64,000 nucleotides of DNA. It comes from Bispira polyomma. Its lineage: Eukaryota. Numbering within the stretch: the stretch's first letter is position 1; the number at the start of each line of letters is the position of its first letter. The notes beneath the pieces are model-generated. The model made no database searches, was not told the DNA's origin, and saw only the letters and a list, made by a program, of their open reading frames with translations. This document shows, one piece after another, positions 47,627 to 58,934 of the stretch. Made by a program: the position numbers and the translations under genes. The stretch is taken from positions 53,630,001 to 53,694,000 of the forward strand of contig OZ287752.1 of NCBI GenBank assembly GCA_965649765.1. The letters run 5' to 3'.

Positions 47627-50600
47627 ATGTCTAACATAGGAACTAAACTAAAAGTGTTGTCTGTGAACTGTCAAGGTCTACGTAACCAAACAAAACGAGT
47701 AGATGTTCTCAATTATCTAAAACATACAGGGGCAGGAATAGTATATCTCCAAGATACCCACTTAACCGAAAATGATCTTTTTGTAACTAAAAAAATCTGG
47801 AATAATGAGTGTTACCTACATGGTATAAAATCAAACTCAAGGCGAGTTGGAATCTTTTTCAACAATAATTTTGAATATAAAGTTCTTAGTTGTAAAAAAG
47901 ATGCTGAGGGTAATTACATACAACTGATTTTGACAATAGGCTCACTTAAAGTTAACCTAATTTCACTATATGGCCCGAATGTGGATAAACCAGAATTTTT
48001 TATGGATATCCAAGCTTTATTGGAAAATAACACCACTGACTACACCATTATCTGTGGGGATTTTAACCTTGTATTAAACCCTGATTTAGACAGCTATAAC
48101 TACAAGAATGTCAATAATCTAAAAGCGCTACAAACAGTGATCAAAACCATAAACGACTTTAATCTTATAGATGCTTTTAGACCTTTTCACCCAGAGAAAA
48201 AAAGATACTCGTGGAAAAAGAAGAGTCCAATTAAGCAGGCAAGGTTAGACTATTTTTTAGTCTCAAGTATTGTGACTGATATTATTGACAGCTGTAATAT
48301 TCGACCTAGCTATATATCTGATCATTCTATAGTAGAGCTTGACATAATACTAAATAAATTTATTATGGGGAAGGGGGTATGGAAATTTAATGTCGGTTTA
48401 CTGAAAAATGTAGAGTACTTAAATATGATTAACAGAATAATAGATGATGAGAAATACAAATATGCCCTCCCTGTATATAGTCTTGACTTTATTAAAGGTA
48501 CTGATAAAAACTTGGATTTTACCATAAAACCAGATATATTCTTGGAAATGCTTTACCTTAGAATAAGAGGGGAAACAATTAAATTTGCATCAAACCTTCG
48601 AAAAGACAATAATAAAAAAGAAAAGGAACTTATCAAGGATATAGAAAATATTGAATCGCAAGAGAGTGTGCCTTCACACCTTTTAGAAATCCTTTTTGAT
48701 AAAAAACAAGATTTAGAATGCTTAAGAGCAGAAAAAAATAAAGGGACAAATGATAAGATCACGAATGCAGTGGTTAAGTGAAGGCGAAAGGCCAACTAAA
48801 TTTTTTTGCAAACTGGAGAGTAAAAATTTTGTAGAGAAAACAGTTAAAAAAATGGAACTGACTGATGGAACAATTGTAACAAGTCAACACGAAATATTGG
48901 TTCACATAAAAGAATTCTACACAAACCTTTTTAAAAAAAGAAATCTCAATGATATTGATCTTTTGGATCTTTTTATGAATAGCAAAATTCCAAAAATTCC
49001 CAATATAGACTTAGGTTATGCTGTACGGGTGGAAGAAACTAGTGAGGTTTTAAAGTTAATGAAGAACAATATAACACCAGGTCTAGATGGCATTCCAGCC
49101 AACTTTCTAAAAGTATTTTGGCTTAGGCTATAATTTTATGTTACAAATGCAATAAATGCCCGTTTTCTGAAGGGAAGGTTATCTACCACATTGCAGCAAT
49201 GCATCATAACATGTTTACCTAAAGGCAATAAAGACAGAGCATTTTTGAAAAACTGGAAGCCAATATCACTTTTGTGTACAACATATAAACTGGCATCTTT
49301 TCAATAATAGCAAATAGGATTAAACCACATTTGGACTCAATTATCTCTAGATAACAAACAGGTTTTCTGTCGGGCAGATTTATAGGAGAAGGTACCAGAT
49401 TGATATATGATATATTACATTATTCAGAGAAAAAAGATGTATCTGGACTTTTAATGGCCATAGATTTTGAGAAAGCTTTTGACTCAGTCTCGTTGAAATT
49501 TTTGTATGAGGCTCTAAAATTGTTTGGTTTTAATGATACACTGATTAACTGGATCAAATTGTTTAACAAAGACATTACAGCTAGAGTACAACAATGCGGT
49601 TTTCTGTCTGAACCAATACCAATAGAAAGAGGATGTCGGCAGGAAGATCCAATCTCCCCTTATCTATTTATAATTGTCGCAGAGGTTTTAACAATTTTAA
49701 TAAATTTAAATGCTGATATTGCTGGCTTAAAAATTGGTCAGACAGTGTACAAAATAACACAGTTTGCAGACGACACAATCATTATTCTTCACGGTAGCAG
49801 GGATTCCTTGCAGGCAACATTGAGTGTGCTTGAGATTTATGGTTCCTTATCAGGTCTTAGGATGAACACAGAGAAAACTAAGGTTATATGGATAGGGCAC
49901 AAGCGATTTTCAAGAGAAAAATTAAATGTTTTTGTTTTATCTCACACCTACAATATTAATCTGAATATTTTAGAATATTTTAGAATAAGGTCTGTACTAA
50001 AAAAATTTATTTCAGAAAATTCGAAAAAGGAAACCATTTTGTACTACACAGACCACACCTGCCATTCTATGTGCAGCCCCTATTTAAGCAGAAAAAAGGC
50101 AGCAAGATATATTATAATTGTATGATTCAAGCTGAAAGGAAAGCGCCTACAAAGTGTGAGTTAAAATGGTAAAGGAAAATGAGCTCTGTAATAAATGACG
50201 AAATGTGGCATTCAATTTATAAAATTTGCTTTAAAACTATTCGAGATAATTCTGTTATACGGTTCCAATACAAAATTTTGTATAATATACTTGGAACACA
50301 TGATTACCTTTTTAAAATCAAGATTGAAGATACCAATAGCTGTCGTCTCTGTGGTCAACATGTAGAAACTACTAAACATCTTTTGTCTGAGTGTAAGTTG
50401 AGACAAGAATTATGGAATAATGCTAAAATCTGGATAAAAAATAAATTAAAATTTGAATTACACATTTGTGATATAACTAAAATTTTTGGATATGTTATAC
50501 AGGACCAAAATTATAAGCCATTGAATTTTATACTTGTTTTAACGAGAAAATATATCTTCTGGTGTGTACACAAGAAGGTCCCTTTAAATTTTTACTGTCT

Positions 50601-50685
50601 TGAAGAAGTAATAAAAAATAAATATTTAGAGCAAGAATACTTGGCTAAAATAAATTTGAATTATGACGACTTTAGAAAGGTATAG
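47627..50685 (+). pseudogene. LINE ORF2: APE endonuclease - reverse transcriptase - zf-RVT, disrupted
   Basis: SVNCQGLR, GDFN, RLDYFL, SDH; PGLDG, IDFEKAFDSV, GCRQEDPISP, QFADD; CRLC..HLLSEC. Stops, frameshifts and an apparent deletion near 49930. Confidence 0.93.
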
Positions 50686-51274
50686 GCAAGATGGAATAAC
50701 CTATTCCCGAAACTATAAAAATCTTAACTTAAATACTGATGTATGCTCTGTGTTTATCCTATTTAAGATCCAACAGGTTGTTAAAGCTATTTTGTATACT
50801 TAAAAATTAAAAAAATATCTAGTTATCATATGGAGTCAAATTGAACCACCACAGTTTGGTATTGCATTGTTACAATTTTTTCTTTGTGTAAATGTACATA
50901 TGTATATAGAATTTGAAAAATCTGCCATTAAAGAAGTTTTTGGGGTTTTTTTTGTGAGAGGTACAAATATCATGGATATCTCTGCTGTCGGGGGTATTCA
51001 ATATTTTTGTAAATGGCAGTGTAAAATAGTATAAATAAAAAAAAAAAAAAATGAACTTATACCTTATAACTTAAGTGGACTGATTTAATTATGAATGTAA
51101 TGTCAAACACTTCACCAACATACCGTCACATTGATTTCATTTGTCACTATTGTCTGATCTCATGATTCTATTCAACAGCATATTAAGACTCGGTGTATAA
51201 TAAATGGAGTATTATTAACAGAGTTAACATTCTATGTATAATTGTGTGGCTAAACAATGAAACATTTAACCTGT

Positions 51275-51560
51275 CTTGTATTTTCTTATCTTGTGTTACA
51301 TTGCTGGAGTCTTACATTTACCATTGAACCTAAATATGTTGAAATCGGTGGCACAATAACTTTAAACTGTAGTCTAGATACCCCAAAGTCAGAGTCTGAG
51401 TTTTTTCGCATACATAGCATAGCTTGTATTTTCTTATCTTGTGTTACATTGCTGGAGTCTTACATTTACCATTGAACCTAAATATGTTGAAATCGGTGGC
51501 ACAATAACTTTAAACTGTAGTCTAGATACCCCAAAGTCAGAGTCTGAGTTTTTTCGCATA
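51275..51560 (+). repeat. 138-bp tandem duplication with CATAGCATAG filler
   Basis: 51275-51412 = 51423-51560. Confidence 0.92.
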
Positions 51561-53974
51561 GCCTGGCCTGGACAGTTGCTTGGTCAAATCTGTACAGTTG
51601 ACTGTTGGTTGGATGAAGCCTGTTATTATGACATAGATCCAGGTTCTTGTAAATGTGATTCCAAAGACACAGATGTAGGCAGACCTTGTCCTGAATTAAC
51701 TGAAAGTGTATCATACACAGTATCTGGTGTAACTACTGACATGTCTGGAGACTGGCTCTGTGAATTGGAGACTAGTAAAAATGCTACTTATTCTCTTCAG
51801 GTGTATGGTGAGAGTATTTTCTTTTATTTTCACATTATGGAAATATAAAGTAATACATAATATAGTTAATTATTTTATAAAACATTTACACACACAAACA
51901 CAGGAAAAACTTTAGTTTATACTAATATGTAAGTATTTTTATTATAACCTGTTATTTTCTGGATTTCCATGTGAACATTTTTGCTACCATAGTTTATATA
52001 GCACAATCATATATAGATGAGATAAATATGGAGAACATGGGTTATGTAGTAAGTAATGTGATAATATATTTTAGAGTAACACTGCCTTAAGACTTAAACT
52101 TTTTATTTCTATATATGTGTACATAATTATATGATAATTAAACTGTTATGTTTCTTTTCAGATTTATCAGATGAACCATATTTAGAAGGTAATTTTAATA
52201 CCATTATAAATACAAGTGAAACTTTTACATGTACTTCTATGGGTGGTTTTCCGCTGGCACAGTTTGAATGGTTCATTGGAGATGAAGTTGACATGTGTAA
52301 TGTTACTGATGAAGCCACCCCTGGGATTGGTAAAAGTACATTACTCTATACAGCACAGAGAAATGACAATGGTAAAATATGACTTGTGTTGTGAAACAGC
52401 TGGAGGGCATGCAACAGAGAATAGACAGTTATCAGTTAAACATTTTATGTAAGTGATTTTACTTGCAAATTTTTATGTTTATATAATAACTCAACCACAA
52501 ATAGAGCTTACTAGTAATAATAGCATGAATAGTATTAAGTAGTTTCATTGTATGGTGATTTAAAAGTGGATTGTTTATCTTCCAGTATTGCCAATGTCGT
52601 AATGCCAGATAACATTACTAAATAATATGTGAATACACAATTAACTTTTAAAAATTGTAATTGGTTAAAATACCCAAAAAAGGCTGACAATTAAGGACAA
52701 GTAATCAGAAGACAAAATACTCCAATATTACCAAAACAATACCATCAAGCATGCAATGGCAACAGTTTTGTACAATATAAATACCTGGAAATATTAAAAT
52801 AATTACACATGGAGGAGAAGTTAAAGTTGGACCTTGTAAACCTAAGCATAGTGTAGAAGAAGAAAAACCATTAAACTTACTATGCAATGTAACAAGAGAA
52901 GGCAACCCAACAGTGCATTCATACATGTGTTAATAACATTATGTAAATGATTGTGTAAATAATTACTTGCTGAAAATAGATCAGTCTCTCTATGTTTTAT
53001 TTCTAAATGGTTAAATTATTCAAATCTTTTAAATTTTGACTTGTATATGTATATGGATGGCACCATTATTAGGGTACAAGTAATGATAGAAGCTTCGAGG
53101 GGGTATCCCTCACAATATTTAATGGTATTAAAGTGTATAGTATGATGTTGACCTACCAAGCAGACAACATTAATATGTAATAATATGTGAGCAGAAGCGG
53201 ATAATGGCCATGTAGTTTTCCATCATTTACAAAAATAGTGGCTTAAGATGGCCTGAACCCCTTAAACACACTTGCAGAATAATATCAGTATAGATAATTA
53301 CAGCTATAATGTGTGCTACATCTCCACAGGAACTTTAATGGTGAATTGGCATCGTTCACAACACCAACATTTTCTGTCAGCCAAAGCCAGTTAAATAATA
53401 CTGGTAACTACTCCTGTTCTGCAGTGAATGGTATTGAAGAAGGGAAGATATCATCACACCTTATGGTACAGGTTCTCTGTAAGTAACTTATTTGTATCAT
53501 TACAATATACCATTTCATAACAGGTTGTGTTTCAGCTTATTGTCTGAAGACTGAAAATTAGCTGAGGAATGGTAAATGCTAAGTAGTCACACATGATCTG
53601 CACTATTTCACAAACAGAATACTTTACAAGTAAAATTCATTATTATATTTTGAAGTCTGCTATTTGTTGTGATATTATCTCTTCATCCTTGTTTTCTTTA
53701 AACAGTAAGTGAAACGAAGAGTGCTCATTGAACAATAGTGGGTTACCGTTTATCAGTTTTGAATACAAATGTCACATAAGTACTGAGATTGGTCTTTTAT
53801 AGATGGTCTGCAGATGGTGTAAATATTGTATTAGAACAACTCTCATAACATTGGTGATTGGAATAAATTTCAAAATCACCAAAGCTATTTTAAAACACGA
53901 AAGACAGAATAAATGTAGCTTTTTCTAAAACAAAATACTAAAAACTGAGTATGATTCAATATTGTATAGTAACT

Positions 53975-55735
53975 AGGTTGATTAGGAGCTGATTAGGTTT
54001 TGGGGGTATCTGGCAACAACTGTTGCCATGGCAACGCTTTTAAGATTTTGGGATCTTAAACTTTGAAGGTGTTCCACAGGCTAAATCCATGCATGGATTT
54101 TCACCAAATTTTTAGCATATGTTTACCCTGAGAGGATCTACTAAGATTTTGGGGGTCTTAAACTTTGTGAGTGTCACACAGCCTAAAGCAATGGATGGAT
54201 TTTCAAAAAATTTTCATGAAAGGTTTGGGTTCTGTATACTTCTAACTTTTTAACTTATTCCTTACATTTTACCAAATCTCAATGTTGTTGCCCATTTTAG
54301 TTGTACCTGTAGGCTGGGGTTTCTGCCTGCTGAGGCTTGTTATTATTTTTTAATCCCAGCCCACAAAGGCTGGGGTCATAATCGTTGCCTGCGCCGTACG
54401 AGCGGCATCGGTGGAAGCGGCGGGCATAAACTTTGTGGATGTTCCACATGCTAAACCCATGTATATGTTTAACCCACTATATGTTTACACCAAGAGGATC
54501 TACAGCTGTTTAGGTTTTCTGGGGTATCTGGGAGCCACTGTTACCATAGCAACGCTTTTAACATTTTGGGGTCTTAAACTTTTTGCGTGTCCTACAGGCT
54601 ACACCCATGCATGGATTTTGACCAATGTTACGGTCATGGGAGCTAGGCGGTAGCAATTACTGGTTGCTTTCAAGTTGTAACAGGAAAAGACAAAAAGTTC
54701 CACTTAAATTTATTTAACAATTAAAATAATAATTACACAATTATAGAATTACACAATTACAGTCAACTGAGATACCCTTAATAGTTCATACAATAATGAA
54801 ACCAATCTGACCTGACCACAGTCCTGTCCACGTAAATAACAATTAAACAAGTTTGTCCATTGTATCCAGCAATCTGTCTTGAGATCCGCTCGGTGTCCAC
54901 TAACACACAATGCCTGTATCCTGTTATCCGTGCGGTCAACGAACACAAAATGTATATATACAGAGAGTCTGCACAACAAAGCTATTTAGTCCAGGATGCA
55001 AAAAATATCCAATATGCAGCAAACCTAATCTCTGGTAGATCCGCAACTTTATATCCAGTTCACTCCAATGAGTTCACCACAAAATGTATATAATAATCAG
55101 TTTATATCCACAGGAAAAGAAATAAAATGTTTCACAGAATAGCAGTTCATATAGCACATCAACTCAATAAACTCTAGTCTGTGGCCAGGCTTTAAACCCT
55201 TATATATACCACTGCTAGAGAAGGCTCTAGAATATATAAACAATTCCTAGAAGATTCCAGAATGAGATATAAACATATTAACACAACTTCAATAACAACA
55301 GAAACAAAATAAAACCAGCTTCTAGAAGCATAGGGGTTTTCCCAAATCTATAAATAGATCACTCTAGCAGAGTGTAAGAAACATCATTACTAACCAGACC
55401 AGTTCTCCACTGACATACAACAATGTCCTTATATGTAAGACCAAATTTTCAGGATATGTTTACCCTAAGAGGATCTCGAGCTAATTAGGTATTGGGAGAT
55501 ATCTGGCAACAACTGTTACCATGGCAACATTTTTAAGATTTCGGGGTCTTAAACTTTGTGGGTGTTCCACAGGCTAAAACAATGGATGGATTTGCACCAA
55601 ATTTTAATGATAGGTTTGGGTTCTGTATACTTCTAACTTTTTAACTTATTCCTTACATTTTACCAAATCTCAATGCTGTTGCCTATTTAGTTGTACCTGT
55701 GGGCTAGGGTTCCTGCCTGTCGAGGCTGGCTATTT
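53975..55735 (+). mobile_element. Helentron-associated non-autonomous elements (HINE/DINE-like): truncated copy 53975-54340 plus full copy ~54351-55732
   Basis: Subterminal IR CCCAGCCCACA / TGTGGGCTAGG, 3' palindrome GCCTGTCGAGGC, T-rich flanks, ~150-bp internal core repeats; absent from the equivalent gene A intron. Confidence 0.75.
54626..55440 (-). mobile_element. Solo LTR (815 bp) nested in the HINE
   Basis: TGTTAC...GTAAGA ends, 4-bp TSD CCAA; minus-strand TATA (~55200) and AATAAA (~54708). Confidence 0.78.
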
Positions 55736-55953
55736 TTGGGACTGTTGGTGTTATATTTTGAACTATATAAGCATGACAATTATATTGTGTCAGTGGATAA
55801 AACATGTGAAACAACTCTTGTGGTGTATATTAAAAATATATATGACTCAAGAAGATAAAACACACAAAACTCGCCCTGCCGGGCTCATATTGCATCGATT
55901 ATCTTATTTCGTCATATATTTTAAAATATACATCACTGAGATAGTGTTACTAT

Positions 55954-55991
<38 letters not shown>

Positions 55992-57584
55992 AATTTTACA
56001 GTAAGGGATCATTAACTTTATTTATAGAGTAATATTGTGCATCAGACTGTATAAGCTGGCGTGACTATTGCCATATAGTCCTGTATTTAGGTTTTTATAT
56101 AAACACAGTGAGTATATATGTTATATTTACAGATTATGTTTTTGTAATTACATATAATTAGTGAAGTTAAATTAATTGTTCATCTCCTTAATTCTATTTC
56201 AGATCATCCACAAAATGTAAAAGTCACTGGTGGCACTTTGGTAGTTGAAAGAAATCCACTATCTTTGACTTGTAATGCTGATGCTAGTCCAGATACCATA
56301 GAATATAGCTGGACTTATCCCACAGGCTCACAGGAGGGACAGACATTAGTCATAGGATCTATCACACACAATGATGCTGGAATGTTCACATGTATAACAA
56401 AAAATGAATTTGAACCATGTGGTGGCTATGTTCAAAGGGATGGTGACAACTCCTTAGTGAATGTTATTGTACAGTGTATGTAGTGAAATATATTCATACA
56501 TATACACGTATTAGATGGCAATTGATGACTTAATATTGTTATGTTTGCAGGTCAAATATGTTCACTTTTGTCCGAGTATCACAGCATTATATTTTATACA
56601 GATGACATTTAATGAGTAGAACATAGGTAATATATATATATTATAGCCTTAACTTTTTTTTTGTTCTAAAAGATACACCAAAGGGTGAGCCAGTTGCATC
56701 AATTCCTGATTTTACAATATCTATAGACAAATCTTACACCTTATACTGTGACCTAAGTACACTCAGTAAAACTGGAGTTCCTGATGCTTCTTGGATTGCA
56801 TGGCACAGAAATGGAGGTTTTCTTCACAATTATACCTTTATTGATGACACAACAAATTGGGAAGATTTTGTTCCAACTAGTGTGACAGAAAGTGAATTAT
56901 ATCACTGTATTGCAGGAAATTTCATTGGTCCCAGTAATTCATCAAAAGACATTGACATAATTATAGAAGGTATTTCAGATTGTACTACTGTTTTTGGTGA
57001 TTGTATTATACTATACTGTATTATACTAATAGTTAAAACCTTAACAGACAAGTCATGTAATTTTCATTTTTTTTTCACTCCAAGTGTAAATATTAGAATG
57101 CTTTTACTTTGTCTAGCCCCTGGGAGCTTTGAAGAATTCCAACCCTCAATAGACAACCCTGTCTATAATGGAACTATATCTAGTGATTTTAACCTATCAT
57201 GTGTTGTATCAGCAAGTAATATCAATGATGTGTACATTGAAAAAAATGACAAACAGTTGGATGAACTTTACTTTGGAACTGAAACCAGTGATATTGATTG
57301 TGAAAATGTTTGTAATGGATTAAGTAAAGCACACAAACTAGAATCTTATTGGAAGGCTTCAGAGCCTCAATTTGATACTTGTGAAGAGGTTGTGTATTAT
57401 GATGGTGCATATCAGTGTGTGGCAAGTGCTACTACCGCTGGCCAAAGAGAAACAGAAATCTCAAACTCGGTCATTGTGGAAACATACTGTATGTTTAATG
57501 GGTATCAATTCATTACTTACTGTTATTACTGTCATAAAATGTAATTTAAATTATTGAGTGATAAAAACTGTTTTAATATACTTT

Positions 57585-57589
57585 AGTAT

Positions 57590-57648
<59 letters not shown>

Positions 57649-57664
57649 ATATATATATATATAT
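57585..57664. repeat. (TA)n microsatellite
   Basis: Long TA run. Confidence 0.95.
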
Positions 57665-58540
57665 TTTAAACAGATGCTGCAATATGGAATTCTGACAGAA
57701 AATACCAAGCAGCAGAATTTGAGGAAGTGAATGTTCTGCTTCAGTGCCCAGTTTGTGCACATCCAGTTCCAAATTACCAGTGGTATTTCAATGGGACAGA
57801 TTCAGCATCACATATCAGTGGAGCTACAATGGAAAACTATGCTGTTACTTTCACAAATGACTCTACATTTGGGTTTTACTATTGTGAAGTTAGTAATGCA
57901 GTAGGGACAGTGGCATTTCATTTAGAATTGAGAGAACTTGGTATGTGAAAGTGTTGTATGTATCTTCTATTTAATATGGATATGTTATAGTAATTTATTT
58001 GTTAGTAGTTCATTGTTCAATTGATACTCATTTTAAATGATAGCTCACATATGTTAGTTTTTTTTTGTTCATATTGTTAAGGAATTCTCTTCTGAGAAAC
58101 AGTATTATTTATTGATATTAATTTATACAATTTCATATTTCTCCTCATGTAATATTCTTTTACCGCTAGTTGGATGTCTAAGGAATATAAATGTGTGAGT
58201 ATTGAGCCATTAAAATTAAAACAAATTGCAATTTTTAAGTTTTTTGTTTACTCTTATAGGACCAGCAGAATCACCAACTGATCTTAATATTCTTCCGAAT
58301 ATGACCTCTTCTTCCCTCACTGTCCAGTGGAAGGAAGGTCATAGTGGTAATATGCCTCCAGTTATTTACACCATTAAATCTGGTGTACACAGTCATTCAG
58401 ATTGTGGTGAAGACACAAGTTTTCAATATATACAGACATTTCAGGGTTCTTAAGAAGGTTTACAAGGTACACATCTCCAGGTACTTGTTGAAAAACTGCA
58501 GCCAGATACAGAATATTGTATACGTATGCATGGGGAGAAT

Positions 58541-58934
58541 CAGAAGACAGGGATAAATACAACACATGAATATGAATGCATGTGTGACAGCATATACAAA
58601 AGTATGTATATCAAAATAAATATCCACTGTATTATTTACTTTCATAGACTATTGATTATAATATGCATATATGCATATGTGACAACAAAGCAGCAAGCAT
58701 GTATGTCAAAATAACTACCCACTGTATTACTTACTCCCAGAAGACAGGGATAAATACAACACATGAATATGAATGCATGTGTGACAGCATATACAAAAGT
58801 ATGTATATCAAAATAAATATCCACTGTATTATTTACTTTCATAGACTATTGATTATAATATGCATATATGCATATGTGACAACAAAGCAGCAAGCATGTA
58901 TGTCAAAATAACTACCCACTGTATTACTTACTCC
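58541..58934 (+). repeat. 197-bp tandem duplication across the FN3-1 donor site of gene B
   Basis: 58541-58737 = 58738-58934; CA microhomology at the junction. Confidence 0.92.

Larger units (their letters stand above)
44137..51051 (+). mobile_element. L1/Tx1-type LINE with both ends present (5'UTR, ORF1-NADAR, long spacer, ORF2, poly-A), degenerate
   Basis: TSD TGAACT (44131-44136 / 51052-51057); AATAAA plus poly-A at 51034-51051; ORF1 and ORF2 motifs. Confidence 0.92.
37586..51080 (+). mobile_element. Ngaro-type tyrosine-recombinase retrotransposon with split direct repeats (A1-ORFs-B1-A2-spacer-B2), B2 interrupted by a LINE
   Basis: A1 ~37660-37810 / A2 ~43030-43182; B1 ~42850-43028 / B2 ~43973-44136 plus 51052-51072; gag, RT, RNase H and YR pseudo-ORFs; TGATTT at both outer edges. 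Confidence 0.88.
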
